Positions 21,146-31,779 of a DNA stretch of 64,000 nucleotides are shown one piece after another. Positions within the stretch are counted from its first letter, which is position 1. Each line of letters begins with the position of its first letter. Source of the stretch: Candidatus Poribacteria bacterium. GTDB lineage: Bacteria; Poribacteria; WGA-4E; PCPOR2b. A model generated the notes under the pieces. It was not told the DNA's origin. It ran no database searches and saw only the letters and a program-made list of their open reading frames with translations. The position numbers were made by a program, and so were the translations under genes. The stretch spans positions 4,672,001-4,736,000 of the forward strand of contig OZ242351.1 in assembly GCA_965208675.1 (NCBI GenBank). Reading direction: 5' to 3'.

Positions 21146-21340
21146 TGAAGCGAATGAAACAACCGAAAGTCATATACTTGGTTAGGACGACGAACCTACC
21201 GCCGTGTACGAATCAACATTGATTTTACTATGGCATAGAACTCGGAATCAATCTGTGCTATAATTACAATATCGTCCAGCAGCGTACTCCGAGCGAAATC
21301 TGCTGGAAATTGGCGCATATAATTCAAAGGGGACGAACGG

Positions 21341-22369
21341 ATGGCAACATCGCGGCGGATTCATGCAGATAGACTTAGGGACTTTTGCACTCAACTCTTT
21401 AAGGCTGTGGGGACACCGCCAAACATTGCGGCGGTAGAGGCTCGAATTCTAGTCAATTCTGACCTCAAAGGACATCTCTCCCACGGTGTCTTTCAGATTC
21501 CCGGTTATATTCAGTCAATAGAAAATAAGGGGTTAGTGCCTGCCGGCACTCCCGAGATTGTACGACAGACAGCGAGCACAGCTTTTGTGGATTCTAAACT
21601 GTGTTGGGGGCACTACGCCGGCGAATGGTGTATGAACCTCGCGATTGAGAAAGCGCGTGCTACAGGCATGGGGTCAGTGAGTATCACAAATTCTCATCAT
21701 ATCGGTAGATTGGGTGAATACGCTGAGCAAGCCGCCGCAGCGGGCTTTGCCTCCCTCCTTGTGACCGGCGGGAAATCAGCAGGCGGCGCAAGTCCGTTTG
21801 GCGGCGCTGAAGGCGCATTAGGCACGAATCCCATTGCGTTCGGTTTTCCAAGTGCAGATGGGAGGCATTTCGTCTCGGATTTTGCGACTACCGAAATCGC
21901 GGGTGCAAAAATCCACATTGCACGTATTAAAGGGACAGAACTTCCACCCGGGTCAATCATTGACAAGCATGGGCATCCGAGTGTTGATCCCGAAGACTTT
22001 TTCGCCGGCGGACGGCTTCTCGTCTTCGGCGGTTACAAGGGGTATGCGATATCCTTGGTGACATGCCTGCTCGGCGGTTTAGCCGGCGTGGTTCCGAATT
22101 CAGGCGATGTTGGGGGAACCTATTTTCAAGCGATTGACATCGGCGCTTTCCAGCCGCTTGAGGATTATCAATCGGCAGTACAGTCATTCCTCAATGATTT
22201 CCGAGCTATCCCGCCGGCGCCGGGATTCTCGGAAGTAATGGTGCCGGGTGACCCGGAACGGAACAAGGAAGCGGAACAGTTGCGCGAAGGGATTGATCTG
22301 CCTGAGAAGATTTGCCAAGAATTGCTGGAATACGCAGAGAAATACAGTGTTACAGCTACACTAGGATAG
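21341..22369 (+). CDS. Ldh_2 family (malate/L-lactate/ureidoglycolate-type) oxidoreductase
   Basis: DLKGHLSHG, SHHIGRLGEY, LGTNPIAF, DFATT, FGGYKGYA, VMVPGDPE; TG-N-TATAAT upstream. Confidence 0.93.
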   Translation: MATSRRIHADRLRDFCTQLFKAVGTPPNIAAVEARILVNSDLKGHLSHGVFQIPGYIQSIENKGLVPAGTPEIVRQTASTAFVDSKLCWGHYAGEWCMNLAIEKARATGMGSVSITNSHHIGRLGEYAEQAAAAGFASLLVTGGKSAGGASPFGGAEGALGTNPIAFGFPSADGRHFVSDFATTEIAGAKIHIARIKGTELPPGSIIDKHGHPSVDPEDFFAGGRLLVFGGYKGYAISLVTCLLGGLAGVVPNSGDVGGTYFQAIDIGAFQPLEDYQSAVQSFLNDFRAIPPAPGFSEVMVPGDPERNKEAEQLREGIDLPEKICQELLEYAEKYSVTATLG

Positions 22370-22563
22370 TATGGCACTCGAGGCGTAATATACTCAGGCG
22401 TGGAGCATTCATAGAAATTTGAAGCCTTACCAACGCGAAGGATTTGAGCGAGGAATAGCGCCGCACAGCGCTAGTTCAGTAGGTTTAATTGAGCACGCGG
22501 TAAGATAGGCGGCGACAATATCAAGCTAGGCCGATTCTCCAAAAAACCTAGGGGAGTAACCTC

Positions 22564-23355
22564 ATGACAGAAGAACAGGTCAACTATTTTCGGACATTTG
22601 GGTTTATCCAATTCAAAGATTTTCTTGAGCCGGAAGAGGTAGAAACGCTGTCGGAGGCTTTTGACGAAGCCATGTTGAAAGGACGCAACGGCGCACCGCC
22701 GCCGAAGCCGAATGAGCCGAGGCAACAGATAAATAATAGCATTCCGCCCCATATCTCATTCTTCGACCTCAACCCTGAGGTGTTTTATCCGCTATTGGTC
22801 GATGACCGGTTCGTTGATGTGTTCCGAAACTTGCTTGGCGACGACTTTATCCTTCCCATCAGCGAGGGGATTCTCCATACCGCCGGATCCGACTGGCACC
22901 ACGACAACGTTGCCGAACCGCCTTATTTTACGATGCGGGCTCATATCTATTTGGATCACCTTGGTCCGGAGGATGGCTGCCTCAATGTTATACCGGGCAG
23001 CCATTTCAGTGAGTTCCGGGAAGCGCTTGCCGAGAATATTGGCGGGTTGGGGGTAGGTGCAAAGGATGTGCCGGGCCGGTTCGCGCTCGTGAACGGGCCG
23101 AGGGATGTTATTTTTCTGAATCATAAAACGCACCATTCTGCCTTGAGCGACAGACCCTACCGCCGGTGTATCCATATTAACGCTATCAAACCTAGGCATA
23201 CGGAATCGGTGCCCGAACAGGTTGAGACATTGAAAAACAGCTTGCATGCAAAATATGCGGAAACACGGATTACGGCTGCTGCGGCGTTGAAGCGGATTGG
23301 CACCCCCGAAGCGTTGGCGGCGCTTGAATCACACGAAGAGTCGCCCCTGGATTGA
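22564..23355 (+). CDS. PhyH family dioxygenase with HEAT-like tail
   Basis: FRTFGF, WHHD, GCLNVIPGSH, THHSA. Confidence 0.9.
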   Translation: MTEEQVNYFRTFGFIQFKDFLEPEEVETLSEAFDEAMLKGRNGAPPPKPNEPRQQINNSIPPHISFFDLNPEVFYPLLVDDRFVDVFRNLLGDDFILPISEGILHTAGSDWHHDNVAEPPYFTMRAHIYLDHLGPEDGCLNVIPGSHFSEFREALAENIGGLGVGAKDVPGRFALVNGPRDVIFLNHKTHHSALSDRPYRRCIHINAIKPRHTESVPEQVETLKNSLHAKYAETRITAAAALKRIGTPEALAALESHEESPLD

Positions 23356-23509
23356 GACTTGGGCGTCTCAATGTGTGGCCGCCTGGTCGCATTGGTGAAA
23401 CAACGCGCCCCCGGTACGATTACGATTTGACCGCATATGCTCTACGGTATCGCGATGCGGCACCTTCGCTAATGGACAAGGTACGAGTATTTCTGATTAA
23501 CTGGAGATT

Positions 23510-24271
23510 GTGATGGCATCCTCCATACACATTACCGATGCGCAAAAACAGCAGTTTGAGGAAGACGGCTATTTCATTCTAAATAGCGTTATTCCGACTC
23601 ATTTTCTGGAATTGCTTCGAGGCGAATGCCAGACATTCATTGATCAGGCGAACGCCGAAATGGATAAGCAAAACACGGACAGCCTGGGCCTCAACCACCG
23701 GAACAAACGCTATTTTGTCGCCAACTGCTTTAGACAGCAGCCGAAACTTCGTACATTCCTGTTCAGCGATTTGACGGCGGAAATCTGCCGTGCGACGCTT
23801 GGGGATACGGCATACCTTTTCTGGGAACAGTATGTCGTGAAAGGCGCAGACGGCGGCATGAAGTTTGGCTGGCACCAGGATTCAGGGTATGTTGGCTACC
23901 CGGACCACAAGCCGTATTTGACCTGCTGGTGTGCGTTGGACGATATGACGGAGGAAAACGGCACTGCTTACATCATGCCCTTTTCTCGGATCGGGATCCG
24001 CTCGTGGGTTAAACATTTTCATGAAGAAGGCAGCAATGACCGAATCGGGTATTTCGGGGACGATCCCGGAATTCCGGTGATTGCGCCGGCAGGGAGCATT
24101 GCGGTATTTACCAGTATTAACTTTCACCGCAGCGGGCCGAATCGGACTAGCCGATTGCGCCGCACATATTTGGCGCAATATTCCGCCGAGCCGATTCTTA
24201 CTGCGGACGGCGCGAAACTGTGGGGAAACGCGGAGCCGTTGATAGTGGATGGGAAACGGTGCGCGCCGTGA
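23510..24271 (+). CDS. PhyH family dioxygenase
   Basis: QFEEDGYF, FGWHQDSGY, LTCWCALDD...ENG, FHRSGPN. Confidence 0.92.
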   Translation: MMASSIHITDAQKQQFEEDGYFILNSVIPTHFLELLRGECQTFIDQANAEMDKQNTDSLGLNHRNKRYFVANCFRQQPKLRTFLFSDLTAEICRATLGDTAYLFWEQYVVKGADGGMKFGWHQDSGYVGYPDHKPYLTCWCALDDMTEENGTAYIMPFSRIGIRSWVKHFHEEGSNDRIGYFGDDPGIPVIAPAGSIAVFTSINFHRSGPNRTSRLRRTYLAQYSAEPILTADGAKLWGNAEPLIVDGKRCAP

Positions 24272-24313
24272 GCGGGCAATCACTGGGTTCTAACGCGACG
24301 AAAGGGGGGCGAT

Positions 24314-25237
24314 ATGGCGCCGGAACTCGAATCGAAAATCGATGTCCCGAAGGTTCTTGCCGAGCGGATGGTCAATTCGTTCGTTGAGATGGGCTATCTC
24401 GCCGTTCCGGAGTTGGTTTGCCCCGATGAAATCGAGGAGTTGCGCCGTGATGCTGCCAAACTAGCTCGCGGCGGTTATCCAAACGAAGGTTCAGAATCCT
24501 TACCGGCTGGAAACAGTGATGAAGAGGCGTTGCAAAACATCCTGTGTATCCATCAGCCGCACTTTGTCAGTCCCGTCATGCAGAGGTACGTGAAGCATCC
24601 AAGGATTTGCGGCGCGTTAAGCCAACTTGCGGCGGCGCATCTGCCGTATTGGGACGGGAGCGTGAAGTGCATGCAGTCGATGCTATTCGTCAAACCGGCG
24701 GGGTTTCAAGGACAGGCGTGGCATCAGGACGAGATTTACATTCCGACGCGCGACCGTTCCTTGATTGGCGCATGGATTGCGATGGATGACGCGACCGTCG
24801 AAAACGGATGCTTGTGGGTGCTTCCGGGCTCGCACCGATCGGGTTACCTATACCCGCAGCGGAACCACAACAACCCCGACGAGTTCGATTTTTCTCAAGA
24901 GAGTTACGGTTTCGAAGATTCTGCCGAGATTCCGGTCGAGGTCAAAACCGGAACAGTCGTATTCTTCAACGGTTATCTGTTACACCGTTCCCGAAAGAAC
25001 CGCGGCGACGACTATCGGCGTGTTCTGGTGAATCACTACTGCAATGCGTGGTCGCTGCTTCCGTGGGGTTTGCGAGATGGTGAACACCCCGCAAATGCAG
25101 ATCGGCGCTGTATCGTGCCGGTTGCGGGAGTTGATCCGTATGCGTGGAAGGGTTACGAGGCGCCGCCGCAACGCTTTCATTTGCGTATGTGCAAAGCCGT
25201 CGAGGAAAGGCGGGCGGAACTAGAAGCAATGGAGTAG
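24314..25237 (+). CDS. PhyH family dioxygenase
   Basis: GQAWHQDE, WIAMDDATVENGCLWVLPGSH, LLHRS. Confidence 0.93.
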   Translation: MAPELESKIDVPKVLAERMVNSFVEMGYLAVPELVCPDEIEELRRDAAKLARGGYPNEGSESLPAGNSDEEALQNILCIHQPHFVSPVMQRYVKHPRICGALSQLAAAHLPYWDGSVKCMQSMLFVKPAGFQGQAWHQDEIYIPTRDRSLIGAWIAMDDATVENGCLWVLPGSHRSGYLYPQRNHNNPDEFDFSQESYGFEDSAEIPVEVKTGTVVFFNGYLLHRSRKNRGDDYRRVLVNHYCNAWSLLPWGLRDGEHPANADRRCIVPVAGVDPYAWKGYEAPPQRFHLRMCKAVEERRAELEAME

Positions 25238-25320
25238 AAGGTATTGGATTGAAACCTCCCCAAGTTGTGGACGCACATCCCTCCTTTAGGTACGTTAGTT
25301 CAACTTTGTCCCCAGTTCAA

Positions 25321-26112
25321 TCAAGCCAAATAAATGGGCAAGCTGCTGTCGGCGCCGCGGTAATCTTCATGCCTGCCGGACAGCCATAAGAAAACTTCGG
25401 CGGAATCATTGAAAGACCGGTGCGCCTCGCGTCCGTATGGGAAATGGCCTGACCGCATATTATAGAGGTCGTCCATGTTAAAATCCGGTTCGACAATCCA
25501 GTCACGTTCCGGCGGCACGGTACGTACGTACCAATATTTTAACATATTGCGAACACCAGTTGCAGTGGACGCTCCCTTTCGGTGCCACAACTGATAGATA
25601 GTAACGAAGATAGACCCTGCGGGCGCCGCGGTTGAAATGACGCCGCGAATCCCCGTGTAGTGCGCCATGTAGCTCTGCAAAGCGAAGAAATAGTGCGAAC
25701 CGGGCACCACATCGGTCGGCCCCATTTCAACAGGGGTATCGTGCGGATAATAAAAAACTTGTAGCGCGTCTATTTTAGGACCGTAAATTGAGCCGCCATC
25801 ACGGTGCCAATGCTGCGGCGGTGCAGGGCAATTCGCGCGATGGTTGCTCATGAAAATCGGCAGTTGGAAATTTCGACCCAATAACGTCCGAATGGTTCCC
25901 GCCGCTTGGGGATTGAGAATCACATTGTCTACAAACCAATCATGCTGAAGTATACCGTCTGCGTCATCGGGCTGAATGTCTGCAAGAAAATCTATTGTTT
26001 TTCGGTTTATCTCGTCCGGCACAACTGCCTCCAGCATTAGAAACCCTTTTTGGCAAAAGTTGTACACCTGGGTGTCTGTCATCGTTGGTTCGCAATCAAA
26101 AGTTCGTTTCAT
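25321..26112 (-). CDS. PhyH family dioxygenase
   Basis: QHWHRDG, GPTDVVPGSH, LWHR. Confidence 0.88.
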   Translation of the reverse strand: MKRTFDCEPTMTDTQVYNFCQKGFLMLEAVVPDEINRKTIDFLADIQPDDADGILQHDWFVDNVILNPQAAGTIRTLLGRNFQLPIFMSNHRANCPAPPQHWHRDGGSIYGPKIDALQVFYYPHDTPVEMGPTDVVPGSHYFFALQSYMAHYTGIRGVISTAAPAGSIFVTIYQLWHRKGASTATGVRNMLKYWYVRTVPPERDWIVEPDFNMDDLYNMRSGHFPYGREAHRSFNDSAEVFLWLSGRHEDYRGADSSLPIYLA

Positions 26113-26387
26113 TATAGCTAGACTCCATTTGTTAAATTGATTTTGGATTGTGGATAAAAAGTCTGGATGTATATCCTGACATGCTTTCAGTATTTGCGTG
26201 TTGTGTTACTGTGTTCGCTGTGAAATATGACATGACGGGGTATGTTTCCTCTTGAGAAACTGACTGATTGAAAATCGAGGCTAGGAAGCCTCTCCTACCA
26301 ATGAATAAGTATAGGAGTTACGCGGTTGAACGATTGGGTGTTGTAGTTTGATGGTTCATCACCAAGCTGATTGACAATCGAGGCTAG

Positions 26388-26586
26388 GTTCTGTTGCCAT
26401 TTTGAGGCTACTGATTCGGCAAACGTTGTCACCATTGGATAATCTGATATAAGAAGCGCAAACTGTTAGTTTGCGGGCTCGGATCACAATCTAACAGATT
26501 GTGTTACAAAAGATTCCTTTGTACTTGATAGGGACTGCCGTTTAACCGTTCAATTCAACCTACGGGATGCCAAATGTCAACACGCC
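26388..26586. mobile_element. 199-bp MITE-like element inserted in a REP hairpin
   Basis: Imperfect TIR GTTCTGTTGCCATTT / AAATGTCAACACGCC with CTAG duplicated on both sides; an uninterrupted REP AATCGAGGCTAGGAAGCCTCTCC lies at ~26273. Confidence 0.75.
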
Positions 26587-26705
26587 CTAGGAAGCCTCTC
26601 CCACAAATCAAAACATAAATGTATGATTTTTGGTGGGAATGACTATAAACAACAATCTCTTTTAACATCACATGTCTATGGGCTAAGGTACGATTCGCTT
26701 GCAGG

Positions 26706-27563
26706 CTATCCGTCGGCTGGGAATTTGTGGAAACCTTCGGGTTTTCGGGACGGGGAATAAGCCATTGGCCATCCGCCGCCGCCTACGAAAGCGGGGAACT
26801 CTTTTGCCTTCCCACAAACCCAGAAGAACATCTGGGCGGCATCATACCAGTCGCGATGTTGTTGCCGAGGTGGCGGAGAGGGCCACCCATCCCAACCGTA
26901 CGGGGCAGAACCGAAATTAAAATCGGGTTCGCAGATCCAATCCCGCTGCGGAGGCACCGTTCTCCAGTAGCAGTATTTTAACAGACTTCGGATGCCGGGG
27001 ACAGTAGACGCAGTGCGCCGATGCCAAATCGAATAGACGGTAATGAATATAGTGCCCGCGGGCGCCGCAGTTTTGACGCCGCCGCGGATGCCATTGTAGT
27101 GGGACATCCAGCTCTGCAAGGCGAAAAGGAAATGCGACCCGGGCAACACTTCCGTTGGACCGAGCTCCACCGGCGTGTCTTGGGGATAGTAGAACACCTG
27201 CAGATGATTCAGTGCTGAACCGTAGTGGGAACCGCCGTCCCGGTGCCACTGTTGCGCCGGAGCGGGACACTGAACCCAATGGTTGCTTGGCCTGATGGGC
27301 AGACCGAAATTTTTGCCCAGCAATGACCGCACCGCGCCCGCGGCTTGTGGGTTAAGAAGTACGTTCTCGACAAACCAGTCCTCTTGACCGAGCGGGTTGT
27401 TGATAGTCGCTTGGAACGTCCGAAACTTATTCACATCTATGTATTCGCACGTTCGCCGGTTAATTGAATCCGGAACTACGCCTTCCAGCATTAGGTAGCC
27501 TCGTTTGCAGAATTCCAGCACCTGTGCATCTGTCAGCGTGGGTTCGCAGTCATATGTTTGCAT
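26706..27563 (-). CDS. PhyH family dioxygenase (paralog of 25321-26112)
   Basis: MQTYDCEPTLTD, QQWHRDG, GPTEVLPGSH, IWHR. Confidence 0.88.
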   Translation of the reverse strand: MQTYDCEPTLTDAQVLEFCKRGYLMLEGVVPDSINRRTCEYIDVNKFRTFQATINNPLGQEDWFVENVLLNPQAAGAVRSLLGKNFGLPIRPSNHWVQCPAPAQQWHRDGGSHYGSALNHLQVFYYPQDTPVELGPTEVLPGSHFLFALQSWMSHYNGIRGGVKTAAPAGTIFITVYSIWHRRTASTVPGIRSLLKYCYWRTVPPQRDWICEPDFNFGSAPYGWDGWPSPPPRQQHRDWYDAAQMFFWVCGKAKEFPAFVGGGGWPMAYSPSRKPEGFHKFPADG

Positions 27564-27973
27564 TGGACAAACTCCAATTTCCAAAATTAGCTAGCTTTTC
27601 AGAATTGCTGCAACTGCGGAATAACAGTTTTAAGCCTGTGTGAATAATAGGCGCCCAAACCAATCTTGGGCGTTTAGTTTCCATAATCTGCCGCCCCGCT
27701 GGGGCTTTCGATTTAATGTGAATTAATGATATTACACACCTGATAAACTCTATAACACTCGCTAATCGTTCGCTTAATCCCACGCTGGGGGTTTTGACTG
27801 AAGACAACTGGCGCTGCAAAAAATGAATTTCCGAACAGGATCTTAGACGGCGCCGCCGGATTTCGCAACGTCTCAAATTCCCCCCACGATTGGTGAAGAA
27901 CGGAATCATCAGTGATGTTTGGAATCCACCCTGCGCCGCTCCCATGAAAGAGTTGGCAATTCTGGGGATGCCA

Positions 27974-28975
27974 TTATCGGTCACGTTCGATCTGCTTTAA
28001 CCAACCCCAAGTCAAGGTTTTTTTGTTGTCGGGCGCGACCGAGAACGCCACGACAAATTTAGGATCGAACCAGGACGGCGCGCGGTTGACAGCCCCCACG
28101 TCGGGCGCTTCAACGCGCTTCTTTCCGTCGGGATCGGTGATGTACAAAGAGCTGACCCCACCCATAAATGCGATGTGGGCGAGTTTCTTGCCGCTCGGCG
28201 CCCAAGTGAGATCGCTTTCTTCCCACTGTCCCTCTAGTCCGGCTGCGAAGCCAGTGAGTTGAATCACGTTTTCTCCGTTCGCATCCATCACGAAGATATC
28301 CCCGTTTCCGTGCCGGGACGAGGACCAAGCAATTTTGGAATCATCGGGGGACCATGTAGGTTCGAAGTCTCCGCCCTTATGGTTCGTCAGGTTCACGAGA
28401 TTACCGCCGTTCGGGTCCATCAAATAGACGTCAGAAATCGTGCGGCCGCGTTTAGAAGAAAAGGCGATTGTTCTTCCGTCGTGAGACCAATCCGGTTGGA
28501 CGTCCTTAGCTGGATCGTTAGTGATGTTTCTCAAGGCTCTGCCTAACACTATCATCTCATAGATTTCAAAATTGCCGTCGCGATCTGTCCCGAACGCGAG
28601 GCGTTGGCCGTTCGGGTGCCAACTAGGATAGCTATCCTCCGACTCACTGTCGGTGAGTCTCTGCAGGTTCTTACCTTCTGAATCTACCATATAGATGTCA
28701 ACATTTCCTTTTGCTTCCGTGTGAAAGGCGATGCGGTTTCCGTCCGGGGACCAGACCAGTCCGAGCGGCAGCGGATTCGCATCAACAAACAATAACGGGC
28801 GCGGGTCGTGTCCGTTATCATCGGTCAACCAGATGTTTGATTCACCTCCATCGGCGGAGAGGACAAACGTCCCCTTGTTAGGCGGTCTTGCCTCTGAATT
28901 CATGGTCAGCGCGACTGAAATTAACACCGTTATTGCCGCAAATGCGGTTGACAGCGTCAAATTGCCGATTTTCAT
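27974..28975 (-). CDS. secreted TolB-like PD40 beta-propeller protein
   Basis: Signal peptide; repeats P.WSPDG..IAF.S.R.GN.DIY.MD..G.N...LT; C-terminal FSV.P..K.TLTWGWLK. Confidence 0.92.
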   Translation of the reverse strand: MKIGNLTLSTAFAAITVLISVALTMNSEARPPNKGTFVLSADGGESNIWLTDDNGHDPRPLLFVDANPLPLGLVWSPDGNRIAFHTEAKGNVDIYMVDSEGKNLQRLTDSESEDSYPSWHPNGQRLAFGTDRDGNFEIYEMIVLGRALRNITNDPAKDVQPDWSHDGRTIAFSSKRGRTISDVYLMDPNGGNLVNLTNHKGGDFEPTWSPDDSKIAWSSSRHGNGDIFVMDANGENVIQLTGFAAGLEGQWEESDLTWAPSGKKLAHIAFMGGVSSLYITDPDGKKRVEAPDVGAVNRAPSWFDPKFVVAFSVAPDNKKTLTWGWLKQIERDR

Positions 28976-29075
28976 GGTTCCTACCCTCCTTTGCAGTGAT
29001 TTTGCAATACAAACGACGCGGCGTTGGTCATGGATTTACGGAATGCACTGTTTGTGAAACACTTTACAGGTTATG

Positions 29076-29813
29076 TTAAACCCTCTCTGCCCAAAATGCC
29101 AGCATATTTTGCCGCTGCGGCGGGGCATCTAGGTAGAGTTCCGGCGTATACCAGCCGCCCTGACCGCCGACGTCCCAGACGTACCGTATGTCAGCCTCCG
29201 TTTGCGGTTTCTGCATGAAGTTTAGATACAACCCGCGGCGGGGTCCATCGGGAAATGCACCGTGGTACGCCTTTACATTAAAGACGATTACATCGCCGGG
29301 TTCCGTCTCGCACGGGTGGGCGCCGGGAACATCTTTGCCTAGCGGCAAAATTTCGTTGCCGTAGGTCTGCATACGCTCTCGATATGGGATGAATTGACTG
29401 CCGGGCAAGAGGTAGAGGCAACCGGTGTCCACTGTTGTCGGATCCAGAAACAGCAATACCTTCAGGTGCGTATGGGTTTCGGCTGAGACGGCGTCGTGGT
29501 GCCACGCAGTTCCGGACCAGTGTTTAATTGCTTCGGAGACCGTAAACACAAATCCTTCACCGATTAGGTCCTCAAGCACTTCGTTTATGCGGTTATCGTC
29601 GAGCAGGCGGTTATAGATTTCGGGATTATGTCTGAAGAATGGCAATACCTGATGGCGCACAGGCGCCCGCGACCACGGCTCTCCACCGTTGGCTTTGACA
29701 AGCGTATCTTCAAACGCGTCGGCGTACAATTTTACCTCATCGCGTGGCAAGAAATCTCTCAAAATAATGAATCCGAGCGTTTCAAAATGGTGTTTCTGAG
29801 CTTCACTGAGCAT
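29076..29813 (-). CDS. PhyH family dioxygenase
   Basis: HFETLGF, WHHD, GCLYLLPGS, PGDVIVF..KAYHGA. Confidence 0.88.
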   Translation of the reverse strand: MLSEAQKHHFETLGFIILRDFLPRDEVKLYADAFEDTLVKANGGEPWSRAPVRHQVLPFFRHNPEIYNRLLDDNRINEVLEDLIGEGFVFTVSEAIKHWSGTAWHHDAVSAETHTHLKVLLFLDPTTVDTGCLYLLPGSQFIPYRERMQTYGNEILPLGKDVPGAHPCETEPGDVIVFNVKAYHGAFPDGPRRGLYLNFMQKPQTEADIRYVWDVGGQGGWYTPELYLDAPPQRQNMLAFWAERV

Positions 29814-29884
29814 ATTTGACTCCTTGCGGGTATAGTTCGGTCGTCGAATTCAACCCGAAGCCGATTTAGGCGACTCAAAAACGA

Positions 29885-30745
29885 CTACAACATTTCTCGT
29901 GCAAAAGTGTATGCCCCCCTCAACCAGGATGCGTAATAGAGTCCGTTGGCATACAGGAAATACAGCGATTTCAAACAGATAACGCTCAACAAACATGCCA
30001 AAAGGAGTGCCATTAAGCTGCCATCGCACCGACCCATCTTTAAGGCGCGCAGGGAAGTGCGATTTCCCGCGGCAACTTCCGGAGAAAACCCACGGCTTTC
30101 AACGGCTTCGCCAAGTTGCGTTGCGCGGCGAACATTATTCATCAAAATCGGACGCAGACTGTTTAAGATTCCGCTAAAGGTGCGAATCGGATTCAGCCGA
30201 AAATAACGAAACCCGCGCAGCCGCTGCAATCTGACGACCGTCACGGCTTCTGAGCCGATGAGTGGGATGTAACGCAAGGCGGTGGTTACCATAAACGCCA
30301 AGCTATAGGGGACACCTAGTTGAACCAAAGCAACAAGCAGATCGCGCGGCGGTGTTGTCCACACAATAAAACAGCCGATTGCCAGCGTTGTGTTGAACCG
30401 CAGGGATTGAACTGCGCCATACAATAACCCCTCGCGGTAAAACCGGATGCCGCCCGTAACTTCGCCGATTACCGGGAAATCCCGGTCAATAAGCGTGAAA
30501 ATCGGAGTACGCGGGAATTCATTGTAGAAAATTGCTTGGCTGTACACCAAGCCCCATGTCCCGAGTAGCACAAACAGTATCAGCAGACGAATTTGATGCC
30601 ACGATGCTCTGGAGCTTGCAACCAAACAGATACTAGCAAGAAAACAGACAGCAAGTGAAATTGGGCTGTCGAGCAAAACCACCAGACATCCGACGACAGC
30701 GAGGACAACGATTTTCGTGCGAGGATGGAGATGTATGATTGACAC
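29885..30745 (-). CDS. ecfT: ECF transporter transmembrane component T
   Basis: LHPRTK, multiple TM segments, ALRYIP, QRLRG and ESRGF motifs. Confidence 0.9.
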   Translation of the reverse strand: MSIIHLHPRTKIVVLAVVGCLVVLLDSPISLAVCFLASICLVASSRASWHQIRLLILFVLLGTWGLVYSQAIFYNEFPRTPIFTLIDRDFPVIGEVTGGIRFYREGLLYGAVQSLRFNTTLAIGCFIVWTTPPRDLLVALVQLGVPYSLAFMVTTALRYIPLIGSEAVTVVRLQRLRGFRYFRLNPIRTFSGILNSLRPILMNNVRRATQLGEAVESRGFSPEVAAGNRTSLRALKMGRCDGSLMALLLACLLSVICLKSLYFLYANGLYYASWLRGAYTFAREML

Positions 30746-30759
30746 ACCACCTCAATTGG

Positions 30760-31749
30760 TCAGTTGAGACTTGTATCTTCTGAAAATCCCAGCATTAGGT
30801 TCATATTCTGAATCGCGGCGCCGGACGCACCCTTTCCCAAGTTGTCCAGCCGCGAACACAGGTTCACGTGCGTGTCATTACCGCCACACACAATAATTTC
30901 CAACCGGTTGCTATCATTGCAGCTAACGGCGTCTAGATAGGTGTAAGGAAGTTGGGGATGATTGCGCAGCGGCGTCTCTGTCCATTTGGACACGGAAACA
31001 AATTTTTCTCCACGATAATAGTCGTTCAAACATTGGAAAACGTCATCGAAACCGGTCTGGTATGCCTTCAGGTATTTTCGATGGATGGGAATATTGACGA
31101 GCATTCCCTGTTTCGAATAATTGACCGCGGGCAGCAACAACGGCGGTTGCGTCAACCCGGATATCACCGTCATTTCTTCGAGGTGTTTATGATTTAGATT
31201 TAGCCCGTACTGCAAGAAATGGTATAATTCATTCGGTCCGCCGAACCCCTTTTGCGAGAACACTTCCATCATTTTCCTGCCGCCGCCCGAATGGCCGGAT
31301 ACGGCATTTACAACAAAAGCGTGGTCTCGCGGGAAAAGACTCGAGTCGATTAACGGCTTTACCGGTGCGATAAATCCTGACGCATAACAGCCCACATTGG
31401 CGACTCGGCAGCTTGCGGCGATTCTCTCTCGAAAATCGGGTCTCAATTCAGGAAAGCCGTATGTCCATCCCGGTGCGGTTCGATGGGCCGTACTTGCGTC
31501 GATGATTTTCGCGGTTATGTTTTCGGCTTCGATGAGCGACACTGTTTCCTTTGCAGAATCGTCTGGCAGACACAAGAAAACGAGGTCAGATTGGCGGATG
31601 CAATCTAGCTTTGCGGTATTGTCCTTTCGTTTCGCCTCGGGAATGTGAATAACTTCGACATCGCTTCTCGCCTTAATTCTTTCGTAAATTTGAAGCCCCG
31701 TAGTCCCCGATTGCCCATCGACAAAAATCTTTGGTTTTTGCACGTCCAC
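30760..31749 (-). CDS. argC: N-acetyl-gamma-glutamyl-phosphate reductase (type 2)
   Basis: FVDGQSGTTGL, FLCLPD, IDASTAHR, GCYASG, LDNLGKGASGAAIQNMNLMLG. Confidence 0.95.
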   Translation of the reverse strand: MDVQKPKIFVDGQSGTTGLQIYERIKARSDVEVIHIPEAKRKDNTAKLDCIRQSDLVFLCLPDDSAKETVSLIEAENITAKIIDASTAHRTAPGWTYGFPELRPDFRERIAASCRVANVGCYASGFIAPVKPLIDSSLFPRDHAFVVNAVSGHSGGGRKMMEVFSQKGFGGPNELYHFLQYGLNLNHKHLEEMTVISGLTQPPLLLPAVNYSKQGMLVNIPIHRKYLKAYQTGFDDVFQCLNDYYRGEKFVSVSKWTETPLRNHPQLPYTYLDAVSCNDSNRLEIIVCGGNDTHVNLCSRLDNLGKGASGAAIQNMNLMLGFSEDTSLN

Positions 31750-31779
31750 TCCTACCTCACGCTACACTGTCGAACTCGG

